Shown piece after piece: positions 1 through 14,271 of a stretch of DNA of 64,000 bases. A program made the position numbers and the translations under genes. Source of the DNA: Eledone cirrhosa (Eukaryota); assembly GCA_964016885.1 (NCBI GenBank), contig OZ024740.1, forward strand, positions 159,836,001 to 159,900,000, given 5' to 3'. The notes beneath the pieces were generated by a model. That model was not told where the DNA came from. It did no database searches and saw only the letters and a list, made by a program, of their open reading frames with translations. The number at the start of each line of letters is the position of its first letter. Position 1 is the first letter of the stretch.

Positions 1-244
1 GGAAATTATAGTTTAATGACGTAAAGGGAGAAAAAGGAAGAGGAGGAGAGAGAGAAGAGAGAAAGAGAGAGAAGCAAGAAAACAAAGATGAGAAGCTGAA
101 TAGAAGAGTAAGACAAATGAGAGGATAAGACACACATACACAAATATAAATGTACACATATACATAAGCACACACACAAACACACACACACATATAAATA
201 CACATACATGCAGACACACATTCGTACACATACATATATACACA

Positions 245-570
245 TCATTTCATTTCATCATTTGATTTTACGTCCGCTTTTTCCCTGCTTGCAAGGGTGG
301 GATGAGAACTGATTCTGGCTTGATTTCAACAGCTGGATGCCCTTCCTAACACCAACCTCATTTACAGTGAGTGCTAGGTGCTTTTTTGCCGTGTCACCTC
401 CACGACCACTTTGCAGTCCCTATCATCTCATTTCTACAGCTGAGTAAACTGGAGCAATGTGAAATAAAGTCTCTTGCTCAAGGAAACAACACATCACCCG
501 GTCCGAGAATTGAACTCACAACCTTTTGATTGCAAGGTTAATGCTCTAACCACTAAGCCATGTGCCTCCA
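245..570 (-). mobile_element. tRNA-derived SINE family B with RTE-derived 3' tail
   Basis: Minus strand has a tRNA-like head (TGGCTTAGTGGTTAGAGC ... GAGTTCAATTC), a body, and a tail matching the RTE 3'UTR (AGGAAGGGCATCCAGCTG...GGACGTAAAA + GAT repeats). Further copies at 5728 and 47662. Confidence 0.85.
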
Positions 571-629
571 TACATATACATATGCATATACATATGCACC
601 CATACATATACACACACACCTCTCTCTCC

Positions 630-662
<33 letters not shown>

Positions 663-1497
663 ACCACACATGCAGACGCACACATTCATACACATATACA
701 CATGCATATATACATATGCGCGTGCACACACACACATATATACACATGTAGACACACATTCATACACATATATACACATGCATATACATATGTGCATGCA
801 CACACACATGCAGACACACACACATGCAGACACACATTCATACACACACATATATACATATGTACACATATACACATTTACAAGAAGAAAAAGAGAAAGA
901 AATAACAACAAAGAAACAACAAACATAACAACCCTCCAAAGAAACTACAGCAAAAACCAAACAAAAGCCACATAGAAAAATAAGTCAAAGCAATAAACTA
1001 ATATATAAAATTTCACGATGATATATGCAAAAAAATACAACGAAGGGGAACCAAATTATTTTGATTTTCACAAAATATCGTCTGCATTTTTATGTCCTTT
1101 TTGTCTGTTTAAATATGTATATTTTGTATGATTTTTTAAAAATTAATGGAAGAGAAATATGGCAATATTGAGTCTGTGGAATAAGCAGATGTTTTAATTT
1201 TATTTTGATTAACAAAGAGTGTTACACTGATGAAATGCATATAAAATCATTAAAAAGAAAAAATTTGCTGTGTGATTTTAAAAATCTTAGTGTGTGTTTT
1301 TGGCTTTGGATTGAATGATATTCTATATTGTCACTCATTTTTCTCTTTCTTAGTATATTTTTCTTATTCTAATTGCATTCTGCTTTCTCTTTCTCTCTCT
1401 TACATGCACTCCTCCAATTTCTCTGTGTGTGTGTGGTGTGTGTGTTTATTTACTGTCTCTGCCTGAATTATATGTGTCATCATTATTATCATTTAAC

Positions 1498-1660
1498 ATG
1501 TGGATTGGCAGTATCAGAGTTACGGCCCTTGCTATTCTGAGTTCAAATCCCGCCGAGGTTAACTTTGCCTTTCATCCTTACGGGGTTGATAAAATAAAGA
1601 ACCAGTAATGCACTGGGATAATTGCTGGCCTTGTGCCAAAAGTAGAAACAATTATTATCA
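1498..1660 (+). mobile_element. tRNA-derived SINE family A (internally deleted)
   Basis: GGATTGGCAGTATC A-box, GAGTTCAAATCC B-box, GCCTTTCATCCTTACGGGG core and an (ATT)n tail. About 10 copies in the window. Confidence 0.85.
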
Positions 1661-2089
1661 TTTAACGGCCATTTTTCCATGTTAGCATCGGTTATACAGC
1701 AATGTATATATATATATCATCATTTTATGTTCACCTTTCCACAACAAAATGAACCCACTGCACTCTGTAAAATGGATGACATTAGAAAGGGAAGCTAACT
1801 GTGGAAATCATACCAAACATGAAATGTATGAGCAAGACATGGTCCTCTACCTCATTTAGTCTAGGAATGTGACAAATTATACAGTCCATGCCAAAATAGA
1901 AAAATGATATAAAGAGAATAATGATGTTTCATGCTAAAGACCAAGTCAGTATTTTTTCAGAACTACTGGTATCCAAGACAGATCAGGAAACTGTGTCTTG
2001 CAGGAATAAGAAAACAAAACTGGACGTGCACATGTTTTGTGTCACTGTATACTTATTTTGTAACTGATCAACCTTAAAATTCAGGACAT

Positions 2090-2838
2090 GGCATATACAA
2101 TGAATTAGAAGACAACATAACCCTAATATGAGCTGAAGCACCAGTTTTTCTGTTTGAAACACTATTATAAATGTAGCTATTATAAAGGAGCAATTTCATG
2201 CATTTTTTGGAAAGGAAAATCTCCCTTTAAAACCAATATACAAAACTGGGTGAAGATGTTTGAGATCTATGGGACAGTCAAGAACCTCAATACCATTCTA
2301 TCCAAGAAGCATACACATGAAGTTATTGACATGGTCCAAGAGTCTGTTGAACAGAACCCAAAAATATCACTGTTGAGGAGATGCCAATCCTTGTCTTTCC
2401 AGAAAAATTTGTAGAAAGGTGTGAAAGAGGATCTTAAGAAGTACCCCTGCAGAACAGAGACAGAAAAATATCTTTGGAACTTATGTGAACAGGGTGCGGA
2501 CTGATTTTGAGTGGGCCCCACACAACCCTGATTTAAGCTTCCCCTCCACTAGATTTCTGTTGGAGAGCCATATGAAGGATATGGTTTGTCAACAAACTCA
2601 GAACCACCACTGAATTAAAGTAAAACACCAGAGAGGACATCAGAGCCATCTCTAGATCTGTTTGTGAAGATGTTATACTAAACTTCAACATACACTTCAA
2701 AAAAAGGCATAGATTCAAATGGAGATCACTTAGAACATGTACTGTAACTCTGGACAGAAACATCAGAAGATAATAAATTTTTGATATGTTGTTTTTAATG
2801 GTTTGATCTAAGGATATTCAGAGTGGCATCACTTTGTG
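2090..2838 (+). mobile_element. Tc1/mariner transposase remnant (DUF4817-type N-terminus, internally deleted)
   Basis: N-terminal KTNIQNWVKMFEIYGTV...VQESVEQNPKISLLRR, a WAPHNPDL motif (SPDL-like), and C-terminal TTELK...NGDHLEHVL*. Contains stops and frameshifts. Confidence 0.75.
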
Positions 2839-3319
2839 TAAAAAAATAAATGTAGACAAAAATAAAAATAGAGCCAATTATATTTTATTCACTCTGTACA
2901 TTCCAATTTTGGTATAGTCTCTATGATTGCATGTTCTTCAAAACACTGCCTGCTTTACAAATTGTACTAGGTACATTTTCTTATGGCACCAACATTAGGG
3001 AGCTTACCATGTTCTTGATGTGCATAACAGTATGCATGTTTATATATTTAAACTAAGAACAGAGTGACAAAGTGATAAAGAACTCAATAACTAAGTAGAG
3101 TCTACATTAAATATTGAGTAGTAATCCAGTTAGTGTTCTATTATGTTAACTTTCGTAACATGTTTGAGAAATCATTAGGTTAATTGTGAGACACAGAGGT
3201 AATGTGAGAATTGCTAGTATCTCATTCTGGAATTGAGTTATGTTCACACTCACATATATATCATCATCATCACTGTTTAATATCTATTTTACATGCTTGC
3301 TTGCATTAGATAGATTATA

Positions 3320-3857
3320 AGTTCAGGGCAATCAAAATAGATGGTAGTTATGGAGTAGGCAGACACAGAAAACCTGGCACAATTTGATAAATTCCGACCT
3401 TACACACTTACACCTCTCCAAGACAATGTCACTGGACCGAGATCTTTGGCGCTACGCAGTAATACAGAAGACCTGCCTTGCCTATGTACAAAGCGAAACC
3501 TACAGTCAGTAGGCACCTCTTAACCAAAAAATACACCCCTATCCACACCCACACAACCCCTTTCGCTGTAAAGTTATGTTGGTACCACAACATCCAGTCC
3601 TAAATAAATGAGGTCGTATAGGTGTCACGACAAAAAAACACACAGTCCACACTGTAATGTGGCCGAATAGGTAACACGGTAAAAACCTCCCAGTCCACAC
3701 TGTAAACATGGTTGGTGTTAGGAAGAGCATCCAGCCATAGAAAACTTGCCAGACAGTCCTATACGAGCAAGACAACCAATCTTGCCTCAAGTGGGACAAT
3801 TCCCGTCTAGACCCATGCTAGCATGGAAGATAGATGTTAAACGATGATGATAATGAT
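3320..3857 (+). mobile_element. RTE LINE family 1, 3' end fragment
   Basis: Reverse complement of 44572-45110 (ORF end plus 3'UTR), ending in GAT repeats. Confidence 0.85.
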
Positions 3858-3967
3858 TGGGTACTGAGGCTTGGCTGGTGACATGACAAACTCTTGCTTG
3901 TATGCTCCTTTTTTGGCTTGGTTTCAATGGCTTAAGACCAACGAATTTAGACCATGTATTGGGAGCA

Positions 3968-4145
3968 TTTGGCAGTATCGGTAGAGGGTCGGATATGCTT
4001 TCCAGCATAGTTATGTCCCTTTACGATCTGAGTTCAAATACCGCCGAGGTTAACTTTGCCTTTCATCCATACAGAGGTCGATAAAATAAAGTACCAGTAA
4101 TGTACTGGGTAATTGCTGGCCTTGTGCCAAAAGTAGAAACAATTA
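3968..4145 (+). mobile_element. SINE family A
   Basis: Same A/B boxes and core as the other family A copies. Confidence 0.85.
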
Positions 4146-4179
4146 TATATATATATATATATAAATATATATATAAATA

Positions 4180-5517
4180 TATATACTATAAAGCTGACGG
4201 TTGTATGTAGGTAACAAACTTTCCGCCATACGGCTGGACCAAACAGCACCAAATTTGCACCATAGATGCAACTTTTTCCAAGTAAAAAAGTGAGGGTCTT
4301 TTTGTCTACTGAATTTTGTTAAAAGATTAAAGACATTATTTAAATATTCACTTCTTTAAAATTTCAAATGTCAACACTTCTGGTTATACGTCATTCCTCA
4401 CTTTTTCTTATGACGTCGCACAACATTCCCCTCTTTTTCTTAGTCTAACTTTTTAGATAGATACATAGCTATAACGTATCGCTCTTATGTCTCTGTGTGT
4501 CTAACTGTTTGCATTAGATAACGTTTTTCGAAATATTTACTTCTGCGTTCACAGACTGATATTTTTAATTAAGGGTGAAAGCAGCGATTCTTTGCTTAAA
4601 CTTTAATGTTATTTTAATATATATATTCGTGTACAGATATCTTTGCATAAACAAAAACCTATTTATTTCAAGAAAGCACAGATGGCTTATCGTCAATGTT
4701 ATTGTTCGAGGTTAGAGGACCACAGTCTTTCCAAGATCTGAGAGCCATCAATGTTCCACTTACCGTTTGGCTTGCCAGATGCGTGGTATGTTACACGATG
4801 ACTGCAACTGCTAAAGTCCCTTCTCAGCTGCGAAAACTTTTTCTATTATGCAGCACCACTGCGATCTTGGCAACCCTATCACAATGTGGAACAACCACCG
4901 TGACAGTCTAGCTAAAGACATCCTCCACCACACACACAGACACAATCCGAATGTAACATACGATGTCGTTTTCAATGTGGCACTCATTTGTCTTGAAAAC
5001 AATGTCCTTGAGATTGGTGGTAGGCCTCTAAGTCACTACAGCTTACCTGATCCTGACAGGAGTGTCCAGAGGTCAACGTCTACAGAGCTTCTCCGTGAGA
5101 CGAGCTACGAGATCAGTGCTTCTCCCATGGTCAATTGTATGTAGGATGCTCTAGAGTGAGCTCGCCAAACAATCCCTCATCTTTGCTCCGGAGGGCCGGA
5201 CAAAAAATACTGTATGCTCTGAGGCTCTAACAATGTAATTTAAATATTTTCTTGGAATTTCTATTATGGTTGTACAAATTATTGTTTGTTAAAAAAATTG
5301 TTCTCTGTTCAGCCTTTATTGTTGTAACTATCAATTTTCTTTAACGTAGTGCCTACTGAACTGGGGAATCCTAAAAATTATTCAAACCCAACATCAGAGC
5401 ATGTTAACCTCCCTCACCTGCTGACTTGAGAAGGCGTGCGGTATCTTTGCACTGGATTGGAGGGGGGATTCCTGAAAAGATAAAATGCTGGTATACCTAG
5501 CCAGGTGCCAGCCGAGC

Positions 5518-5522
<5 letters not shown>
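4180..5522 (+). mobile_element. Helitron, internally deleted (Rep/helicase fragments)
   Basis: LLFEVRGPQSFQDLRAIN, PSQLRKLF, NPITMWNNHRDSLAKDIL...LSHYSLPDP, and helicase motif FSHGQLYVGCSRV at about 5120. Helitron-like 5' start TATACTATAAAGCTG. Confidence 0.85.
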
Positions 5523-5572
<50 letters not shown>

Positions 5573-5727
5573 TAAGAATAAGTAAGTGACATAGTCACTA
5601 CTTTAAACTCATAGTGAATGGTCTTCAAAATGTTTTTAATTAAACATACGGTATATTGCCAAATATACTATACATGCATTCATGTATACATCACTATTTC
5701 AGAGCACCAATACTAATACCGTATATA

Positions 5728-6120
5728 TATCATCACCATCATCACCGTTTTACGTCCGTTCTTCCACGCTAGTATGGCTTAGACGGGTTGTCCTGATGTG
5801 CGCAGTGGCCAGTCAGCTGACCTTGTCTTGCTCATACGGGAACTGATTCTGGCTTGATTTCTACAGCTGGATGCCCTTCCTAACACCAACCTCATTTACA
5901 GTGAGTGGTGGGTGCTTTTTTGCCGTGGCGCCTCTATGACCACTTTGCAGTGGAATGATATGGACCCCAGTCCCTATCATCTCATTTCTACAGCTGAGTA
6001 AACTGGAGCAATGTGAAATAAAGTGTCTTGCTCAAGGAAACAACACACCACCCGGTCCGAGAATTGAACTCACAACCTTTTGATTGCAAGGCCAATGCTC
6101 TAACCACTAAACCATGCACC
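5728..6120 (-). mobile_element. SINE family B
   Basis: Highly similar to 245-570, with a longer RTE-like tail. Confidence 0.85.
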
Positions 6121-6609
6121 ATAACAGCAAATAAAGAAATATTTACTTAGTTCCCCTACTGCAATTGCATTGAGTATAAAATGCAGCTCTTGTAGCAAAT
6201 GGTATTCTTGCTATTAGGTTCATCTGGCACTGTGCATATATCATTTTCTGTGTGTCATCTTCATCTTTATGGTTTTGGTCATTGGACAGCAGTTATGAGT
6301 TAGAGGTAAAGATAGAACAAGTACAAAAAATTGCACAAGGGGCCAGTATGTGACCCCTTCTACAAGTGTCTTCTAACATGTGTGTTTGCATGTGTGTGTG
6401 ACAGCTCACATCTATGCAGGTTTAGCTGGCCTCTTCCAAGTTATATCTCGTTGGAGGTGTCTTGGGTGATTTAATGATAGGGACCCCAGTCCTATCATCT
6501 CAATTCGACAGCTGAGTAAACTGGAGCAACGTCTACATGTATAAGTCAAAATGAATTCTTTTACTAATCTGGTAACGAATGAAATATATGAATAGGATTG
6601 TATTTATTC

Positions 6610-6645
6610 ATTACTTGAGAATCCAGAAATGGTGAAACTTGTAAT
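6610..6645 (+). ncRNA. Possible ultra-minimal hammerhead (U3-A8 core)
   Basis: ATTAC-TTGAGAA-T-CCA gaaa TGG-T-GAA-ACTT-GTAAT. Stems I and II pair; stem III is essentially absent. Confidence 0.35.
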
Positions 6646-6914
6646 ATAACTGGAGGATTATCCCTTTGTTATATTAATATGCTACAGTATTGTAGAGTTC
6701 TTTATTCTTTTTTGCTTAATTTTCATATATCCTTTTATATACATATATCATCCTCATCATTTTACATCCATCTTTCTACTTGTTTTTACATACATATATG
6801 TATATCTATTTGTTTCGTTCCTTTATTATGTTCTCTGAAAATTAATTATAATTTTGTCATGAAAATTTTAGTCACTAATTTTTATTTAGCTACTTTGACG
6901 AAAATAGAGAAATT

Positions 6915-7245
6915 CTTCTACTTCTTCTTCTTGTCCTTCTCCTCCTCCTCATCATCATCTTTCTTCTTCTCTTTCTTCTTCTCTTCTTTTTCTTCTCTTT
7001 CTTCTTTTCTTCTTTTTCTTCTTCTCTTCCTTCTTCTCTTTCTTCTCTTCTTTTCCTTCTCTTTCTTCTCTTACTTCTTCTTCTTCTCTTTCTTCTTCTT
7101 CGTCTTCTTCTTCTTCTTCTTCTTCTTCGTCTTCTTCTTCTTTTTCTCTTCTTCTTCTCTTTTCTTTTCTCTTCTTCTTCTTTCTTATTTTTCTTTTTCT
7201 TCTCTTTTTCTCTTCTCATTCGTTTTTTCTTCTTTTTCTTCTTCT
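6915..7245. repeat. (CTT)n / pyrimidine-rich low-complexity tract
   Basis: Direct inspection. Confidence 0.95.
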
Positions 7246-8760
7246 AATATTTTTTCCACTACTGATACAATTCTCGGAAAGAAAAAAATCTTTTTCTTTC
7301 TTTTTATATTGTAAATGCAATGTTTACATAATAAAAAAAAAAAGATTTAAGAAAGAACTATTATATTGCTGGACGAAAACCATTAACTTTCATTTCATAT
7401 GTTTTCTTTTCCTCTTCAATATTTTGGTTTTGTAGATTTGTCTTTGTTTTGCATTTTTTTTCTGCTAGCCCCCCGTACCCCTCTCTCTCTGTATGTATAT
7501 ATATATATATATAACATCCGTTTTGCCTGCTAGAAAAACCAAGTCAGTACTTAATTAGAGCTACTTACTAGCCAGTCAGAACCCATATCCCACATATATT
7601 CTCACGCTGTACAGAGTGTACTGGGTGTATTATAACATGATACCCGCACTAGGGCGGTTATATCATTGACATGACTGAAGAGTCCTCTTGACTCTTTTTT
7701 GGGGGGAGGGGCAAGTTTTATATAGCTGGAGGATGCCCTTCCTATCCCAACCACTTTACAGTGGTAGATAGATGTAGAGGCGAAAGGTGGATAGACACAC
7801 ACACACACATATGTAAGTCTGTGTCTATCTTTCTTTCTCTTCCTTTGCCATTCTCACACTACTATATCTATCACTGTTTCATTTCTATTCTCTTAATTCT
7901 TTAATCTTCCCACACTTCCTTCTCTGTTCTTTCACTTTGTGTATTTTAACCATATCTCTACAACTTTTCCTGATCTTTCACTCTCTTTGTTCTTTCCTTC
8001 TCCTGTTGCTCTTCTAATTTGTCTCTATATAGTCTTTCCTCCACCTTTCACTGTCTTTATAATTTACCTCTGTTCTCTTTCCTCTCCTTCCTCCAGCTTT
8101 CTATGTTCTGTTTGCTTTCTCTTTAGTCTTTCTTTGCTGCTTTTCTAACCTTCTTCCTTATTATCTTTGTTTTTTTCTCTTCTCTCTCCTCCCTACCCAC
8201 ATCTTACCTCTATCACTTTCATTACACTTGCTTTGTTCATCCTCTCATCTTCTTTATTTAAAACAAACATAATACAACACAAATAAATCAACCAGCCTTG
8301 AATTAGCATTTTTTAGAATTATATTTTCATATTATAGCTTTATTTTTTTATTTATTTTGTTTTTTATTCATTTTTATTTTTGAATTTTATTTTATTGCTC
8401 TTTTTTTTTTTCAATTTATGTTTCAACATTTCAATATAAAATCAACAAAAAAGAGACAAGTATCTCCGTTATGTGGTTTTGATTCATGAGTTATTTTGAA
8501 ACAATTGTGCTAACAACTATCATTTCCAGCTCCCTCTTGTGCTTTTGCAACTTCTCTTTCAATTATATATATATATATATACACACACACATGTGTGTGT
8601 ATATATATATATGTGTGTGTATATATATATATACACACACACACACATATATGCATACACATAACATCTATACACACTCTCTCTCTCTATCAATCTATCT
8701 CTCCACAAATACTTTAAGCAAAATACTATAAAAATATAGCTGCAACTCTGTCTTTCTGTC

Positions 8761-8800
<40 letters not shown>

Positions 8801-8911
8801 GTATTTCTCTCTCTGTTGCTCTCTACATCACCCATTAAAGTCTTGGAAAATAAAAGAGAAAGAAGTTATAAAGTGAATGATATAATACGTAATAATTTTT
8901 TAATGAATGAA

Positions 8912-9170
8912 AAATCACCACTACCATCACCAAAACCACCATCACCACCACCATCATCACCAAAACCACCATCACCACCACCACCACCACCACCACCACC
9001 ACCATCACGAAAACCACCATCTCCACCACCACCACCATCAGCACCAAAACCACCATCACCACCATCACCACCACCATCACCAAAACCACCATCTCCACCA
9101 CCACCACCATCATCACCACCACCACCACCATCACCACCACCACCAAAACCACCATCACCACCACCACCAT
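8912..9170. repeat. (CAC/CAT)n degenerate trinucleotide repeat
   Basis: Direct inspection; produces poly-P, poly-H and poly-V pseudo-ORFs. Confidence 0.9.
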
Positions 9171-9689
9171 CCTATCTCTTATTTTATATCTGAAACAAAA
9201 TAATAAAAAATGATTAAGAAAGATTCATCGATTTACCTTTCCCGAGAAAGAGAATTAAAAAAATGTGTATATATATGTCAAAGAAGGGGGGGGGGGGGGG
9301 TAGAGATGTAGATAGTGTTGTGTGTGTTAAATGTGAGTGAGGATGTAGAGATGTAGAGAGTTTGGTGAGAGAGAGTGAGACAGAGAGTGAGAGTAATGTG
9401 TATTTGTGAGTACACGAGACATATGTCTGTATAGAGCTATATAAAGAAGTGAAGAGAAATCAGAGTAGATGGGGCACGTGGAACAGGCAAACCTGGGAAG
9501 ATATGGATTGAAATAGTGAAAACCATCTTTAGGAAGCTGAATCATATGATGGGTATGGTATGGACCTGTCACTCCTGAGGGAGTTGTGGGGGTGCCATAT
9601 TGACATATGGTGGTTTTAGGGCAGTTTTTAAACCTGGCAGAGCCCATCTCCTCTCCAGGCCTGAATACACTAGATTTCTTCCAGAAAAG

Positions 9690-9875
9690 GATAGTGAGAG
9701 AAAGAGATATATTGGGAGAAATCAACCCCTGTACTTGACTGGCACTTTTTTTATCGACCTTGAATGGATGAAAGGCACATTTGACTTTGGCGGGATTTGA
9801 ACTCAGAGAGCAGAGAGCCTGAATGAATACTACAAAGCATTCTATCTGATATTCTAATAACTCTACCAATTCGCT
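9690..9875 (-). mobile_element. SINE family A (older, diverged)
   Basis: GGCGGGATTTGAACTCAG and TTTTATCGACC match family A. Confidence 0.7.
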
Positions 9876-10002
9876 GAATCATATGATGCAGATGATAAAA
9901 TACCACAAGAATTGGTGACATGCAGTATTAGTGAAGACTTGCCTATCAACATAAAATATGTGATCTGAACCTTTCATGTCCCTCCTCCACTATCTCTCCT
10001 TA

Positions 10003-10200
10003 TTATAATAATTGTTTCTACTTTTGGCACAAGGCCAGCAATTACCCAGTGCATTACTGGTACTTTATTTTATCGACCCCGTAAGGACGAAAGGTAAAGT
10101 TAACATCGGCGAGATTTGAACTCAGAATGTCAAGGGCCGTAACTCTATGCATCAAAGCATGGCGTCTGACCCTCTACCAATACTGCCAATCCACCGCCAA
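10003..10200 (-). mobile_element. SINE family A, full length
   Basis: Reverse-complement match to family A with an (ATT)n tail. Confidence 0.9.
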
Positions 10201-11767
10201 TCTCTTTAATATAATAATAATAATGAAAATTATGTACAGTGCTCAGGCGCACTTCAACTCATCAAAGGTGTATGTATAGTACAGGTATTTTCTCTACTAC
10301 TGTACACCCCATGCCACATCCTATCTATTCAGAACTAACTCTAGGTCTATTCATAAGTTAAAGGGTGAGCTCAGGGCTATTGTAGAAGACACCTTCTGAA
10401 GGTGCTGCTTCATTGGGAGTGGTAACAGAACTAGGTTGTGAAGTTCCTAACTACACTGCCATGTGTGTGACAATATATATGTGTGTGATGTGTGTAAGTA
10501 TAATTATGACATGGAGCATCCTTAGAACTAAGTAAAGGGTGCATACTTTTGAAATGTACAGCCACTTGCATGTTAATTTATGGAATAGTTGTATTAGAAC
10601 CAAGGGAGGTGCATCATGGACACACACACACACATATGGACACACACATATATGTATGTGTAAGTATAGATATGCATTTTTTGTATAAGTGTGTGTGTGC
10701 ACATGCATGTATATCAATGAAATATATTGACAAAATAAACAAAAAAGAATAATATGTATATATGTAATGTATGAATGCTTGTGAAGTTAAAGTGAGTAGG
10801 TGTTTTTAAAAACACATGCAAGTGAATGCTCTTTGTGAAAGCAAATGGAGAATTATTGGATTATTTTTTCTTTTCCAATATTGCAAATTTTCTTAACAGA
10901 AATTCCTATAGGTGCAGTTAACATGTATCTATTAAAAATGTAGCTATGAAAAAATGTACTGTCATTTGTACAAAAAAGAAAAAAAAAAAGAAAACAAATA
11001 CCATTCCACAGAAATTGGTGCATTTCTGAGGAGAATCAATGTATTTGGTAAGTAAAAATAATTTAAGCTGTTTCCTATACTTATATGGTACCATTTATCA
11101 CATATAAAAATGTAATTATTTATTTATCACTGACAGGAAATAAAGGGATTTGGGTCTTTTGGTCTTTTTCAACTAACATTGTGTATGCATGCACAGAGAT
11201 GCTTACATACACATAGACACACACACATGCTTAGATATATGTATTTACATATGCGTAAATATTTATATGTTATATATATATATATATAGGATTTATATTC
11301 TATGTATATTTATATTACACTGAGAGAGCGAGATAAGGTATAGATTCAACAGAGAGTCCACTCTGTAGCGCATTATGTATCATGCTCTACCTTGATATGT
11401 GGTCTTCATAGACTTTGAACTGAGAATAATTCACTCATGCACACACAAAATACTATGATGATTAGCAATATATGGCGTTGGAGATGACCTGTTTACTAAT
11501 ATACAAACAAGATGCCTAATATGCTCGTATTAACACCACCATTTCCTCTATTTCTGCTACAATAACCTCTTAAATTCCATCTTCCCATCCCTATCTAATG
11601 CATTTGCTGTGCTATGTTCCAGATCTGACTTTATGCCTATTCATATCCAACCACTCAACCATTGCCCTTTAGTAACTATTCTCACGATCACTGTACATCT
11701 GCACTCTCTCTTACCTTACTCCCACCCCATTTCTCCTTTACACCATCCACCTTTACTAACCTATGAC

Positions 11768-12052
11768 CAGAGGTGTAACTAGTGTATGGCAAGCATGGCA
11801 TGTGCCATGGGTACCTTATGAAGGGGGTGAAACTTGGACTTGGTGCACGTTCTATTAAAGTCTTGGAGAGTGAAAAAAGAAACTCCTTCAGATGTATGAT
11901 CTGTCTCTGATTATCATGGGTGAGAACACTATGGTGGCTGGATCATTTAACCATTTATATAAATTATTAGGCCCATAGGCAAAAATACTGTGCTGGGCAG
12001 GGCGCAATTTCACTGCTTGCCATAGGCGCTATTTTCCCTAGTTATGACTCTA
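11768..12052. mobile_element. Non-autonomous hAT-type element (MITE)
   Basis: TIRs CAGAGGTGTAACTAG / CTAGTTATGACTCTA and a degenerate 8-bp TSD (CCTATGAC / CCCGTGAC). Confidence 0.65.
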
Positions 12053-12259
12053 CCCGTGACAAGGCATTCCACCTATACTAACTTGGGACAAGGCATTCTT
12101 TCCTTTCCATAGAGTAAAGAGGGCTTATCAGTCCAGTCAACGACAAAGAGCCTCCTTAATTTGCCAAGATGAAATGCATCCTCTACACACTGTAAAATGG
12201 TTGGTATACAGAAGGGCATATAGCCATAGAAACTATGCCAAACAAAAGGTTCAGAGGAC

Positions 12260-13000
12260 ACTTCAAAATTGTTTCTAATGCCGAGAAATATCCATAGAAG
12301 TGGTTGATAGTTTCTGCTACCTAGGTGATCTAATTAGCAAAGAGAGTAGGCGTTCTGAACACATAGTAGCTACAATAAGGATAGGATAGATGCAGTTTAG
12401 GAAGCTACGCACTCATTTGACAATAAAAGGTTTCTCCCTAATATTGAAAGGACAGCTGATTGACACCTGTGGACAATGTGTGATGTTGTATGATGGTGAA
12501 ACATGGGCAGTGAATTTAGATGTTATGCATAGGCTAGAGAGAAATGAAGCAAGTATACTCTGATGTGCCATGTTACTGAGTGAGAGCAACAGAGCTTGCA
12601 TGAACTGAAAGAATAACTAGGTATAAGAGGTATCAGAAATAGTGAGCAAGAGAGAAGACTATGCAGGTATGGACATGTGATGTGCATGGATGATATGATA
12701 ATCATTGGCTGAAGAAACGTCAGGTAATCTCAGTGGAAGGAAGATACAGTAGAGGAAGATCATGTATTACCTGGGAGGTAAGTATGAGAGATGACTGCAA
12801 GGTGTTAAAGTTCACAGAGGTGGTGGCATAAGTATCAGATGAGTGGAGAGGAGCTGTGCTAAAAAGGACCTGCATTCATGGAAAAGTAGTCTTAAAAAGG
12901 ATGCTTCTGATGCTGACAACCTCCTTAATGCTGGTGTAAAGATAAAATTCACCCAGTACACTCTGTAAATATGAAGGGCATCTAGCTGTAGAAATTATAC
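12260..13000 (+). mobile_element. Decayed RTE LINE, C-terminal region and 3'UTR
   Basis: Diverged match to family 1 (VDSFCYLGDLIS, DGETWA, RLERNEAS, YGHVM) with many stops. Confidence 0.75.
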
Positions 13001-13797
13001 CAAAAACAGAACAGTATCTCTGATTATTTATGACTTACTCTGTGATTACCAATTTAGGATTACCTCCACCACTCCTCAATTCTAACACCCACACTATGTC
13101 CAGGGTCACGACGCATCCCCTCCATTCTACACTAGATCCCACCTCTAAAACTTTGACACACGAATCATTGCATTACCTTCCACAATGCTGGAGGTCACCC
13201 TACCCTCTCTGTGTCAAATCCCTCCAGCCTTGGCACACATGACATACACCCTACCTTTGTCCATAGGGTAGAGAGGGCTCATCTGTTGAGTCAATGACTG
13301 ACAACCTTTGTAGTATGGTTGTCATAAAAAATGCACCCATGATACTCTGTAAGAGCAGCCCTCTGTAGAAACCATACCAAAAATGTTGAGAGTACACTAG
13401 TTGTGTCAGGGGCAGGAAAATCTGCCTAGTGTAGGCGATTTACATAATACAGTACACACTGTAGTGTGGTTGGTGATAAGAAGGGCATCCTGCGAATCAA
13501 ATGGTCATGTGAACTTTTTAGTTGTGTCAAGGACATAACATTCCCAGTGTTTTTGCCATAATCAATGCATTCGATAGTGCATATGATTGTATGTCAGGCC
13601 CTGGACCAACGGGAGGTCAGTCGTTCTGCTTTAGTACTTACTGGTTTGTGTTAATATATACAACCTTTGCTAGCAGGGAAATTAGCTGTTATATGACGAT
13701 GATGATGATGATGGTTCCTGAAATTAATGGGCATACTTTACAATTTTTGTAAATGTGAAATTCTGTAAATCAAGTACGTTATAATATGGAGCACATT

Positions 13798-13869
<72 letters not shown>

Positions 13870-13884
13870 TACACATACATACAT

Positions 13885-14268
13885 ATGAGGACGTCCAACC
13901 AATACCAGTTCTATTCAATGAAGGAATTAACAAAAATCAATTTATCAGACCATAATAATATATTAAGAATATTTTCGAAACAGCGAGTGGATTTGAAATT
14001 ATTAGAAATGTTAGCTATCGCCGTATTTTGACCAAAGAAATTAAAGAAATTATTTAGCCTGATAGTGGGGTTAAGAACCCTCGGAGAAATGGAAAAAGAT
14101 GAGTATTGACGTACATGTACGTCAATACTCATCTTTTTCCATACATGTACATGTACGTCAATACTCATCTTTTTCCATTTCTCCGAGGGTTCTTAACCCA
14201 ACTATCAGGCTAAATAATTTCTTTAATTTCTTTAGTCAAAATACGGCGACAGCTAACATTTCTAATAA
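13885..14268 (+). mobile_element. Probable PLE 3' fragment forming a fold-back palindrome
   Basis: 14000-14116 is inverted at about 14150-14268. The left part translates ILRIFSKQRVDLKLLEMLAI, resembling a GIY-YIG C-terminal helix. Abuts (TA)n. Confidence 0.55.
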
Positions 14269-14271
14269 TAA

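Noticed and set aside
490-570. tRNA gene
   Set aside because: It is the SINE head, continuous with the SINE body in several copies.
6679-7314. Phe/Ser-rich and Arg/Lys-rich ORFs
   Set aside because: (CTT)n low-complexity tract.
8816-9203. Extensin-like Pro-rich and His-rich ORFs
   Set aside because: Open in several frames on both strands simply because of a CAC/CAT repeat; no evidence of coding context.
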